NCBI GenBank assembly: GCA_002633005.1
Contig: NMRA01000605.1
Location: 188,920-251,311, forward strand
Direction: 5' to 3'
Source of the DNA: Phoronis australis
Taxonomy: Eukaryota; Animalia; Phoronida
DNA: 62,392 bases
The notes under the pieces are model-generated. The model was not told where the DNA came from and ran no database searches. It saw nothing but the letters and a program-made list of their open reading frames with translations. Shown here piece after piece: positions 25,300-38,163 of this stretch (positions are counted from its first letter, which is position 1; the number at the start of each line of letters is the position of its first letter). The position numbers and the translations under genes are program-made.

Positions 25300-28200
25300 A
25301 TGATTGGTTTTCCGGTTGAAATTCAGGAGTACATCTTTAAACTTCTGGATGGGGCTACGTTCACACGATGCCGTGTGGTGTGCAAACTGTGGAACAGCCT
25401 CCACGACAACGTTCAAGAAAGATTTCCCATGTGGAGGGATTGCTGTCGCAATGAGATATCCCCAGGAGTATTACTGCACTTGACTAACTCCATCAATATT
25501 ACAGAGTTGATGGAGGTGTACGCTCAAAAATCAAAGAATGACAAGAGTCCTTGGAAAATATGGAAACATTTGTACAGTGTCTGGTATAGAACACGGTTTG
25601 TTGGCAAGTGGGTTCCATTAGAAACCTTCATCCAGATTTCTGGCCTTGAGGGACGTGTAGAAGGTTATATTAATTGTGCAAAGATCTTGGGTAAGTTCAC
25701 TGTGATACCAAATGCATCTTTGTGATCATCTCCATTTGTAACCAGCTTTTCGTGCACTCTGCATAATTTATGCAGCAATGGTGCACTTTCATAGTGACAG
25801 GTGTACGAATTTCTGATGCTCTTAGCTTTTGCCCCCAGGACTTTTGTGTTTGGACAGTTCATAGACTGCACTAAAATAAATCAAACTTGAAAGTTCAGTT
25901 CTGGGAGCTGTATGCAAAACAAATTGAAAGCACTGGTAGTTCACGGCACTGTTGCTGAACAGATTATTATCTCAGCTATGTTAGAAATTTACTTGGATTC
26001 CATTTTTGATGTACTATCTAACTTGTTGACGGATCATTATGAAAATTGCTGTATTTGTTTCTGCTGATAAAACTGCAGCTGGCGTTGATTTTCAGATAAG
26101 TCCGTCTAATGTGGCACCTCCTAGTGGCAATTTTGTTTTTGTGTCCGTGGTTGTGGATATTTTTTATTGTTTATACCCACCTCTCTATCTAAATTCCAAA
26201 CCGCTCTTAAGATCATTATGGAAATGGGTACACCCTGTTGAAAATACCAGGACTGATTAATTTTTAGACAGATCTGTCTTCTATGGTGTACCTTAGTGGC
26301 AGTTTTGTTTTTTTGTGTGTGCAGCAGTATTTCAATTACTGAGTTCCTTTACGAAATTTCAAGAAATATAGGCTTCTGTTAGACAGCAAGAGCTTTTTAT
26401 TTTTGGATGGATAAGACGCATTCTGTGCCACCGATGAGTCATGTTAGTTATTCTTGAGTTTGTTTTACAGCATCTGAATCTATCCACATTGATTTTGTTA
26501 CTCAAAGTCACTAGGCTTTGCTAGTCGGCTTAGAATTGTTTGAAAAGCTATTTCTAATATCAAATTAAAAAAAAATTGTTCCTTGATTGCTGTGTTTGCT
26601 TCAGGTGGTCACTTGGTGGTTGGTTGTCAGGATGGTCATGTGACTTTCCTGGACAGTCTTACTGGGGTGGAGGACCATCAGTTTCCTGTCAATATCATAC
26701 ACAATGTGGATGTCACAGACATTATGTTGATGAGGCTAGGTGAGTATTGGTTAGCTGTGCTAGAGCGCATCTTGCAAAGCCAGACACTTGTGGTGTAAAA
26801 TGTTGTCTTTTGGAAAAATAAACAGTAAGTTGATTTAGTTTTCTACCATAATTTAGCACTCCACTTTCACTGACCAATTGCTTCATTGGTAAGCCTTATT
26901 GTTTGTATTCATCTGTAAGTTTAGGTGCGTATACTAGCAAACATAGGCTTTATCTTGTGTGATATATTACATGAACTCACCAAACTCACCAGAGACTCAC
27001 CTTACATAACACTTGTCTGGATCATGTGATTTGACTTTCCTGTACAGGTACTCTTGTTGACTTTTTCACTGCTATAAGGAAATGGTGAACACACAATGAA
27101 CTGTGAGAAATGGGGGCATCAAAGCAGACAACTACGCAGTCACCTGGTGGTAGGATGGCCAAAAATCTCAGGACTGTTATCTCACATCCATGCAGCCTAT
27201 ATTAGCATTACAGTGTGGTGAATATTACTTGAGAATGAGTTCTTCATTTGGTCAGATTTTTACCACACTAAGCTGATCTGATTTATATGTGCCTTTCATC
27301 TTGTCAAATTGCCTCTTAATTTTTAAGACAAAATCACTTACTGGTAAATGATTTCAATTACACCTCATCAGTCCTTGTTCCTTTGTGGATAACCTTTATG
27401 AGATACTGAAGCACTGTAAATGGAAACAAAGTGTGTGTGGATCATAACCCACGTTTATCATTGGCATAAAAATTATGGCTCAAGTTATGCCAGTTAAGGT
27501 TGGAATGTAGAAAATTCACAAGCTGCAACACTGGGATGTTAACAAAGTGCAGAGTAATGCTTTTCATCTTGCAGTTTACTACCAAAAACAGATAAAACAT
27601 CTGTCACCTCTTTACAGTTTTGTTGCTGTGATACTAGACCCTGTCTATAAACCGTTGCTCGAAATATCTTCACTGTAATTAGTCTGTGTCTATAGCCCTC
27701 AGCGGACACTTCTTGTGTAATTAATTAATATTTAATTGGTAACACCTGGGATCTTTATGTCTTTTATTTGAACTTCTTCAATGTTTCATAACAAATAGCT
27801 TCATATTTACTTAAAAATAACATCTACTGTACAAAACCGTAGAGACAGTGTGGCCTAGTGTGATAGGTGCCCGCCTTCTTTACTCGAGGTCGTGGGTTTG
27901 AGTCCCACTGGGCCACACTGCTAGACCTTGAGTCAGGTTTCTAGCGCCTCAGTTTGGTTTTAACTGTATAAAAAGCACAAAAATAGTTCCAGGTGGGCAG
28001 TGCGATGGGCCCACATGCGTGGCCTGTGCACGTCTGGTACAATGTGTATCAGATTGTCTGCAATTATTTTTTTTATAACCTTATAATAAATACGTTTTAC
28101 CTTCTGGCTTAAACAATGACATCTGTTGAAATGGTTAAGCTTGTTTATACTCTTTATGACACTGAGCTCTCTTAATGTCTTTGATTTGAACTTCTAACTC

Positions 28201-31200
28201 ATGTTACCGAAAACAGCATCTAATAAATGTAAATGATTGTTTGAGGAAATACATCTAATGTATGCTAACTCTTCAGGTAACGGAGTAGGCTACATTAACT
28301 CGTTGCCATGTTACGACCACATCCTGTCCTCTACAGTGTGGGGAACCGTGAAAGTGACGAGCTTACATGATGGTTCAACGACAGAGTCTGCAGACCTTGG
28401 CTACGTCGGCTCTTTAGAGTAAGACACATAGACTTTATAATTATGCTTACAGTTCACATCATATTGTTGTGATACATTTCTGTGATGTCTGGTAGTGCTG
28501 ATCTGTAAATCATTTATGAGCAGACAAAAGACCAAACTTCAATTGCTCAAAACCTCTTGTCAGCTGCAATAAGTCACAGAATGGACTGGTCATATTATCA
28601 GAGTATCTCCTTTGCCATATGCAATGTGAAGAGAAAGTGCTTACCTAATATGAAGTCGTGACCAGTGACTGTAACTTTAAAAAGGTCTCTAAATCCATTT
28701 AAATAATACTGTATGAGCTACATTTTAAAGTGACTAGAGTTAAATCACCTACAACTGTTATAAAACACTTTATCTTTTTTCTTCATCTCCTTGCTCTGCA
28801 AGAAGTGTGTTTCTTCAGAACAAGCTCATAAAATTTCAGTTCTGGTCCTAACCTTAAACTTTATGGGCGTGGTGAGTCATTCAAAGCCTTGAAATCATCT
28901 TTAATTTGAATGAGGAATAATTTAAGACCAACTAATAATTTGTTAAAACAAATATTTTGCATAGTTCGTGATGATGTTGAGAAGGTAAAAAAATTCACTT
29001 AATACGAATTTCATAATGGTTGATGATTCGGACCATTTTGAGCAGCTTGAACGCATACACATGCACACGCGCACGTATAAATTGCATGGGTTAGGTACCA
29101 AGCCCATTAACACCATCTGGAAAAACCTGGTTCACCACAAGGATCCCAGACAAAAAGTGAGCCTTGATATACGAGCCCTCTTGCAAAGAGGGCCTCTCCC
29201 GTACCTATATAGGAGAAACTAAATGCTCTCTGGGGTCTAGAATTATGGAACACTTCAAGGTGGACAAATCCACTGGCATTGCTGATTACACCCTCAGCAC
29301 TGACCATACTGTGAATAGGGGTAATGTGTAGTACTACGTTCTAGCCAGAGAGGAACATTGATTCTCTCAACAAATCAAAACCATCTTTATAAGAACAGAC
29401 AGCGGATGAAGTTAGACCTGCAAGGTCTACAGCGCCCCTGGGTATGCGACCACATTCTAGATCTGGGTCAACAAATTGCAGATAATCCACTTAAGGAAAG
29501 AGACCTTGGTGGAAACATCTGAGTCGTCAACATCAAAAAATTCTTAGTAAGTTAATTTTTACCTTCTTCTCAACTAATAATTGATAGCGATGTAAGTCAA
29601 AACTTGTTTTTTTGATTGAATTTAAGTTATATAGTAGTTGAATCAACTTTGCTGTTTCAGAAGGTTAATACTAAGAAAACTCACTATGGTTTCTGTGGAA
29701 ACTGTTACATTTTGTGGATGGCATTAAGCATATTGGAACACTAGACACAATTTCTACTTCTTTGTCACACGACATATCTGTCTTTTTATATAACTATCAT
29801 GCCAAATGTTGTTTGTCTTTTCATGCAGATTCAGTTACCTTAGTGACAATTTCAATATTTTGATTTGGTCTCTCTATATAAAACGGTCCATGATGTTTTT
29901 CTTGAAATTTGCATAAATTTTTTTATTATAGATACCAGGTATATTAATTATGAATAAACTGTGCACTTTTAATTTGTGTATAGCTCCATGTCTACCAATT
30001 TCCTTGATGTTCATAGAATTGGGCAACTAAGTTTCTGTCGAAGAGGCAAGGTAACTTGCTGTATTTCAAATGCATTTGACTTGTATTGTGTCCTCTAGTG
30101 GCCTGTTTATTTCATATGGTGCTATGGTATATTACTTGGTGTCACGTTCCTGTAGATGAGTGGGCACTGGTTGTCACTGTCTAGTGCTAATTATGGCTTT
30201 TGGTGCAACGATAGACTGAATGAAGACTGGTTTGAGTTATCACTTAAATCTCGACTGTATGTTCACAAGTCTACTCAAACAAAACGTCCAACGTAGTATC
30301 TGTGCTATGCTCCAGCCAGTGCTACGAAGCCTTGACTTGTGACGAACTTCTGAGGCACTTCCAACAACTGTTGATTCAATAACTGCTGTCTCTGTAGCTG
30401 GCTCTCTGACTAACGCTTTACAGTAGCTGCTGATTCTCATTACTACAAATTAACTATCTTCAGTTGATGTAAACTGTCACTCGCTTTCAACTCCAACTGA
30501 ACTCATCTAACCAATGTCTTGGTATTTATAGTCTTTTACAAAGTTCTGGAACTCTTCACCAATTCAAGTACATCATATAAAACTTTACGGAATGTACACA
30601 ATCAATCTACAAAGTATACTAAGATATATAATGTTCCAAACTATATTAATCACTAACATATCAGGATCTAGGATGTTCCCTGCTATTCTATTGTCATTAT
30701 GGCATTTTCCCATTGCTCCCAACTTGTTTGATTCTATAGCCCAACAACAAGTTAATTGGGAAGATGACCTCTGTAGGCATTATCTTGCATGACTGATTAA
30801 CTCCATTCTGGCAGTTAGGGTTGGAGGGCCAACTCTCTTTTGATCGATAATTGCTCTAATCTCCAATAAGATTCATGGTATAGCCTGACTGGGCTGTGCT
30901 GCTAAAAACAAAAGTTAAATTATAACATATTTGAACTTAGCTTTTCTGAATTCCTCGTCAAATGCTGATCATGTTTAGTTTTTGAGTCTCCAAAATTGCC
31001 CAACTACAACCGAAGTTACAACAATCTATTCTTTCGGAACACTTTTGGTTTGACTGTGTTCACAGGTGGCCTGTAATAAGCCTGGTAGATAATTGGCCTG
31101 CCTGTTGTCATAATAGACAATAGAATGTGCTTGGCAGTTAACAATGAAGTTAGATGTTATCTCACCCTCACAACCATCTACATCTGGTAAAGTCACTGAA

Positions 31201-34200
31201 CTGGAGAACACCAGTCATGTAAACAAATTATGTCATCACTGTCCTGACCTCAAGTGCCATCTGCTAATGTACACAAATAGCATAAAGACCAGTATCAGTG
31301 TACTCCTCACACATTGTACAAATTAACACCAGTATAATCATAGTGTTTGCAGTACAATCAGGGTCAAATTTCAGCATGTTGCATTGCTCTTGTTTGAAAC
31401 AAGTGACATTGATGTTTGAAAATGCATTTTTTTGAAAATGTAAGGAAACAGGAGCTGTAAATAGTGGAAATTTCTGATTTTTTAATTAAAAAGGTCTATA
31501 TTAGTCCACTAAGTGAATAAATTTTTATTGCGAATTCATGACATTAATAATAACAGTTTTGATGCTATTTAATGAATACTTTCCTGATATCACTGATAGT
31601 AATTTATAAGTCAACTCTTATGGTTTACCCATTGTAAGTCTTATGAACTGTATTAGCTTTTAAAGAAACAAATCTTACAGATAATTTTAAATGCATGGGT
31701 CACTTTATTAGTGTTTAAAATGCTGTACTTTTTCATTTTAATTCTAGGGTAAGATTTTAGCAGCAAGTCTGTGCTACCACATCTTGTAAGATGAATAGTA
31801 ATTCTTGGCAATTAAGCACACTTTATTCTCAAATTTTCCTGGTGTGGAGCGCCCCCTGTCATACAGATCTTGTGGTGCGTTTACATTCCACAATCATCTT
31901 ACTGCAAAATACAAAATGTTTGTAAAATCTTGTGTGTTGTGTGTCGACATGTATGGTAGTGATGTGCATGTCCGGTCATTTGCTGCAGAATCAGTAGTGC
32001 AGTCAAGTATTTTCTTTTTCTTATCCTAGCTCATGGGGTCATACAGTGATGATAGAGAACAACAGATATGGAGCTGACCAGTGTGAACTACTGACTGCTG
32101 TCCAGAACAAAAGTGGTCAGTTTTTGCTGACCCATCTCAGAACTGTCCTCAACTATGACTGGGGCTGTTCACAGTCTCAGATATGGGAGGATAAGGTACC
32201 ACCCTGCCGAGGATTCTTGTTTAATTCTTGGAATGTTACTGACTGGCCAGGTGTCTGTGATATGTGTCAGACCATTTCTGTCACAAAATGTACTCTAAAA
32301 CATGACCAACTTACACACCATTTGCATAAAATTGCATTTTTATTCCGTTTAGACATGTTAGGATGCAAATGCTAACTCTAAAACAGGTAACTTTTATTCC
32401 ATGTCGAATGTAAGATTTTCTGAAAGCAGTAGAGGCTCAAATTGCCAAAACAATTTTTCATTGCAGGTCATGTCTGCAGGGTCCAGGTCCGTGAGGCCCT
32501 CTAATTCTGCCTATGTTTTTTTACTCAGTTTGCGAAGTCCATGTTTTCTTTCTCCTTAGGTCTTGTGTGGAGGAATTGATCAGTTGCTGATGATTCATCC
32601 AGTCTCACAGAAGGGTCATTCACGCCCAACCATGGGTGAAGAGAATGTTCAGTTCCTGATGAGTCACATCGAGGAAAAATATGTGGAAGATATTGTGTAT
32701 AAGGCTGGCGTTGCACTCTGTTTGACAGGTACGCACTACCATCAGATTTATGCTTGAGTGCAGGCTATACACATATTATAATTGTCAAACTGCACAACGC
32801 TGAAATGCGTCAAAGTTTTGGCAGACAAAAGGATATCTCAATATCAATCTCATTTTGGCGAGAATCTGATATATTCTGGCTGGAAATTTCTTCAACAAAT
32901 TCCCACGTTAAGTGAGTAGAAGCTTGGCACAATATCTTCTAGTACCGCTTAAGTTTAACAATAATACTAAAAATTTCATTACATTTGTATTGCTAAATAA
33001 TTTTGACATTTAAGAGTGTTCTACCATTCATTCATTATATAACAATGAACGAATGTGGTCATGAATACCAAGTCATGTAGATGATAGCAGGGGTGCATTC
33101 CATAACTGTCAGACACTCCTGAAAAATCACGAATTATCTGGCAAAAACGTGAGTGAAAGACTAAAGTTCATGAGTACACTCAGATCAGGACTATACTAGT
33201 GTACACCTAGCAAAATGGCGGCCAATGAAAGGATTTGTCGATGAGGCTGAAATGTATAGGAAAGGTTTCTGTTTTGGTTCCATAAATAAAGATTTCTTGC
33301 CACAAGTGCCTGGCGAGGGTCATGCATTTACAGACTGCTTCTCTATTGTCTGTGTCGCGCGTGTCTTGCATTTACAAACTGCTTCCCTATTGTCTGCGTC
33401 GCATGTCTTGCATTTACAGACTGCTTCCCTATTGTCTATGTCGCTCGTGTCTAACATTTACAGACTGCTTCCCAGTTGTTTGCCTTCTGTTTGAAATATA
33501 TCAGCTGTGTTGTTTGTGATGAAGTGTAAATGTTTCTCTGGGGTCTGTAAGATCAGGAAACTTATCTTTGGTGATTAGTTTTTGAAACTGAAATTTATAG
33601 CGATAATTATAGACAAGGCTTCAGTCCAAGAATTATCTTCTTAGCACTCAGGGGATTCACTGTTATGAAACTGGTCATTTTAAGTTGCCCCAGCTAGAGA
33701 GGAGTGTATAGATATTTTAATGCATAAAAAGCTGGAGGCATACATAATGTGCAAGTAAACTATCTACATAATAGACATGATTCCTGGATGTTATTGGTTG
33801 CATGAGATCAGGTGCACTAAATTGTCTTTTGAAAATGGGTCATTTATGTGTCGAGTATGATTATCAAGCAGTACTCTTAACCCAGAAATCACAAACTTCT
33901 TATCTGGAGTGATTGAGGAACAAGTTGATACCAATTTTGCGGCAGTGTATTGTCTAATGAAAAAATTAAACAATTTCTTCAATGGCGAGGTATATGACCT
34001 TATAGCAACGTTGCTCAACAATCCTATTTTAATATTAATGACGAGATTGTGTATTATGAAATGTAACCACACTGTTTGCCTTCATGTTGATGCTGAGATT
34101 TTAAAGTGAAAGAAACCACTTTTGATATTACGTTTAGTAAACATGTCTATTGTTGTCTTGGTGATACATTTTTTCTGTGTTAATTACTATTCCACAATAT

Positions 34201-35964
34201 GTTTAATGTCTATGGAACAATAGAAAGTGACGTTGACTGATTCTGCAGTCTCTGCAACTGAGGAAACGTGAATGACCTTCATGCATTGTATTCAATAGCA
34301 TTGTCTTACGTTGAGAAATATTGTCCTACTCACAACTGAATACAGTCTGTGTAAGTCATTCATGTTTCCTCAATGGACATGAATGCATAATCAAGATGCG
34401 ACCCTTTGTTGGACGGTTTAAATCACTTCCTTAATTGATACACATCATAGGAACAGTTATGAGAGATTTTCAGAATATAATTGTTGGGCTGATCACGTGG
34501 AACTGGTGACTCATATCACCGCCTACAGTAGCTGTGTGTGTGGTGTGTGAGGAGGTATTTCTTTGCAGGGGGTGGAATAGGGGAACATGTTGACTTTGTG
34601 AAAAGACCTGTTTACAGTGTACTATGTAAAAAGACATGGTGTGATTGTAATGTTCTGCGTTGGACAGACAAAATCAAAGTCCGAGTTTGACGGGATGATT
34701 TTATTTACTAATTCCACTTGGAACCTCAGTGAAAACTTTGAATCCTTGTGAGAACCGTGTGAGAACTGTAAATCTATGAAAATACACAAAATACTCTAAA
34801 TACATGACAATATTATATAAAACCGAATCTAAATTAAACTGTTAACAATAGTCACTCTAAGAAACTAGNTGTAATAACTCTTCAATTTGGGACAAAAATA
34901 ATGGCTAAAGTTACCATATTTCTGTTTTTTCAGAGGCTTACCACATTGTTGCAATTGCTCATAATTTTACCAATAAATGGTACACCATGCTAAAAGCAAA
35001 TTTTTATGAAAAAATATATTTCGTGATAAATTTGACAAAATGAAATTCCACCTGTCCGCCATATTGTGTACGAAATTGAAGAATTTTTACTTGGTTAGTA
35101 CGTCATTTTTGTTGGCTTCATGCCAGGCAAACCAAGTAGCACTGATGTTTCCCTTTAGTAGTCTTACTAGTTGTACTCATGTGATGTGGGTTACAAAAGC
35201 GGGGGCTGAAAAAATGAGTTATTTATCTGTGCAGATAATGGCTTCATCCATGCCAGTATAGATGATGGCTGTACATGGGCCAGCTGGAACACTATGATTC
35301 AAGTGGGAAGTAAACCCACGAAGCTTGCATTGTGGGGACCTCTGTTGGCAGTAGCATTTTTGTCAGGTAGTGTTATTATGATAATGATTGTCTTTTGAGT
35401 TGCTGACTTTCGTGTTCTGCAATTTTTCGATATCTCAAAATGATTTTGGATGTAGCCAAAAACTGTAGTTAGACTGTATTTCAGTCTTCTTGACAGGATT
35501 GGAGTGATCAAATTCAGATAAATTTTACCTCTAGTTGACAATACTGAATTATTTGTTTTTGCCTTTATGCCATATATTTTTAAAATATTCAAGTATTATT
35601 TTGATATTTATAAACTTCATAATTCCATCATCAGGAATTCATTTGTAAATTAATTCTGACCCAGATATTGTACCAGCAAAGCTTTAATTACGGCCACCTT
35701 TAAGGTCGGCCTATTTCAATCTTTATTATAGCTAATTCCCGTCACAATCTCTGTGTTTCAGGTCAGATCAATGTTTACTACATGCCTGACAAGTCTGATT
35801 ACATGACTAGTTTCCTTGGCAACCCCCATGCAGTGATTCATATTGAGGAGAGTTCCAGCCGAGGTGTTTACATGGACATAGGTGACGATGGTGAGGGACC
35901 CATGATTGTCATCGTTGTGGAGACTGGAATTAAGGTGGTCCGATGGTTCCATCCGTTAAAGTGA
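25300..35964 (+). CDS. F-box protein with a divergent WD40/beta-propeller-like C-terminus, 445 aa; exons 25300-25690, 26605-26739, 28277-28418, 32030-32195, 32560-32728, 35235-35366, 35762-35964
   Basis: N-terminal F-box 'FPVEIQEYIFKLLD...RCRVVCKLWN'. Later exons contain WD-like strands ('LVVGCQDGHVTFLD', 'LLAVAFLSGQINVY'). All introns are GT-AG with compatible phases; 1338 nt total. Confidence 0.8.
26030..26465 (+). repeat. Decayed fragment related to the 57177 element, ~173-bp internal periodicity
   Basis: CCTAGTGGCAATTTTGTTTTT (~26120) and CTTAGTGGCAGTTTTGTTTTT (~26292) match the motif at ~57390 and ~58322. Confidence 0.4.
27841..28075 (+). mobile_element. tRNA-derived SINE
   Basis: A-box TGGCCTAGTG (27851), B-box GGTTTGAGTCCC (27895), 3' tail resembling the LINE 3' end at 47757-47834, T-rich end. 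Confidence 0.7.
29090..29530 (+). mobile_element. Penelope-like element remnant (GIY-YIG region)
   Basis: 'KPINTIWKNLVHHKDP', 'YIGETKCSLGSRIMEH', 'TGIADYTLSTDHTV', 'LAREEH' across frameshifts. Confidence 0.7.
30140..30663 (-). mobile_element. Possible solo LTR
   Basis: TG...CA ends and an internal TATAAAT on the minus strand, but no matching TSD found. Confidence 0.3.
33324..33482. repeat. Minisatellite, ~42-44-bp unit, ~3.6 copies
   Basis: GCATTTACAGACTGCTTCCCTATTGTCT... recurs four times. Confidence 0.9.
34238..34393. repeat. Palindromic MITE-like hairpin
   Basis: TGAGGAAACGTGAATGAC ... GTCATTCATGTTTCCTCA with outer TGATTCTGCA / TGCATAATCA. Confidence 0.65.
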
Positions 35965-38163
35965 CACAAGAAACTTTTGGTTCAACACTTCATCATTGGA
36001 TATTTATGTATTCTAGTTTGTCTTGATCATGACAGTCACAGTACAAAAAGTGATTGACCTAAAAATTAGCCCCCAAATTTATTCATAAAGTTTCAGAAAG
36101 CATTAACAAAGGAGTTCTGTGCTTTATTTCGTAGTTAAAAAGTGTGGAAATTCTATAGACTGATGTTTAAGTCTACCAAATTTCAAAAATGGATTTATGG
36201 AGGGTTTCATATTGATGCCGGTTTGGTTTTTGGGTCACCCTGCTAATGGTCATGAACATTCCACACGGTGCTATCCCCGCTGGTTGTTTTAGTATTATTA
36301 TCAGCTGCTGTTACATACAAGGCTAGGTGTTATAAGCCCAGATACTGATTCAAATTTCTACATTCATTTAAAACATGACTGGCTTCTGCAAACCCGTATT
36401 TATGGATGAAGACACAGAGCAGCAGAGGTTCCAGTGAGTTTGCTTTGCATATATGCACTTCATTTAAAGCCCCATGCAATGCCGCCATTGTTTTGGTGTG
36501 GAAGGTTGTTTCTTTAATACGCACAGTTAGTGATATTACAAATGATCAAACCGAGTCCACTGATTGATTCACCACAAGAACATTTACTGCTGCTTGCTTG
36601 GTTTTGTTCTGTTTTGAAGTTTGTGACTCCTGCTTCATCTAATCAGTGTTGTGTGGGGCTTTAAAGAATAAGTTAAAGGCCAGTTCCTTGTGTAAAGTAA
36701 GATAGAGTACACAGTAAATATTAAGTATAAGATTGAAGATTACTGACAGATGTGCAATAACACTTTATCTTTTATAACATGCAATAAATAATGTGGTGTA
36801 GGCTTTATACGTTGATGATGTACATTTCATTGACATAAAGTGGTAACAAGAAAACAATGACAGCGAGTACTTAGTAAGCGAACAGGTTGGAATAATCAGT
36901 GAGTAAAAAATACCCTATCTTTCCATTCAAATTAGTCACTATTTGAAAAACACAAAACCGATTCACAACAGTTAATAAGTGATAATACATTTTGCAACAT
37001 TAACATTAGACATTGAAATTTCATCACATCCCTGAACTTAAATTGTGCCTGACCAACATACTCTATCCACTTTATACAGGAGAGATTCATCTTTTAAACG
37101 ATAAAAGGGCAGAAATGATGTTTATGCTTGCACCTTCCTTGCCTGCCATTTGAACAATCCAAACACTTTCAACACTTTAGTCTGTGCACTGCGTGTTAAG
37201 CCTCTGGTATATATGCTATGTTCAACATGTCCCAACTCTGTAACAAGGCCATTCCACTGGACCTCCAGCAAGCAGTGGCCCACCTCTTCCAACACTTATC
37301 ACATATCACTTGAAATCAAAATCAAATTATTGCAGCTGCTGTTCAAATTGCAGGATCTCCAGAAGTCTACATAACACACACCTCAACTACTGAATAAAAA
37401 TAGACTATAACTATACCTTCTTCACAAAAACAACCTAAATACTAACTCTTGTGACGTTGGTCTCAAATTGGAAGTGGTTTAAGAGCTTTACAATAACCGA
37501 CGACCAACTCTCAAGACTAGGCTCAACAAGGTGGCTTGTTACGCTATGGTCTCTAGGGATAGCAAAATATTGTCATACCCAGAAATCACATTTGAGTAAG
37601 AAATAAGTACGGACCAATTTTATAGTGGTACGAGTTCTAAATCGATGCGCTTCTTAGAACAAAATGCATGGTTTACAACCATTTTAAAAACATACATGCC
37701 TTGCATTACACTAGTTATGGTGGGTACAGTGCCTGAACAGTGAGAAAGACTGGCAAGCATGTTTGGATGCACCAATGATTTGCTTGCTCACTCACTCACT
37801 ATTCCTCATGTGAAGCATCTCGACAATTATCATGATTGCAGATACACACCTGTTAACAATGACATTAAGTGCTTCAAGTGGAAAATAAGAATCCGTAAGT
37901 TGAAACTGACAACTGCATTTGTCAGCAAATGATGTTTCAGACATTTTATCTGCGATGAGAAGAGAATTTTATTGCTGTGAAAAAAGTAACTAACCAGTTA
38001 ATACTTTATAAATCTGTTTGTCAGACAAATGCAAATACCATTTCCACTGAGACAGGAAAGTGAGTCGTGCTCAAAGTCGGCCATGTGTTCAAAGCTAATC
38101 AAGAGCAAACATTTTATGAACAGAAAATTTAGGGTAGCTGAGTTATTGAACAATTACAACGCC

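Noticed and set aside
27841-27915. tRNA gene
   Set aside because: A/B boxes are present, but there is no convincing cloverleaf and a LINE-like tail follows, so it is a SINE head.
29488-29525. Hammerhead at the 3' end of the Penelope remnant
   Set aside because: Only GAAAC is recognisable; the CUGANGA core is not intact.
33324-33482. CRISPR-like array
   Set aside because: No unique spacers and a eukaryotic context; it is a minisatellite.
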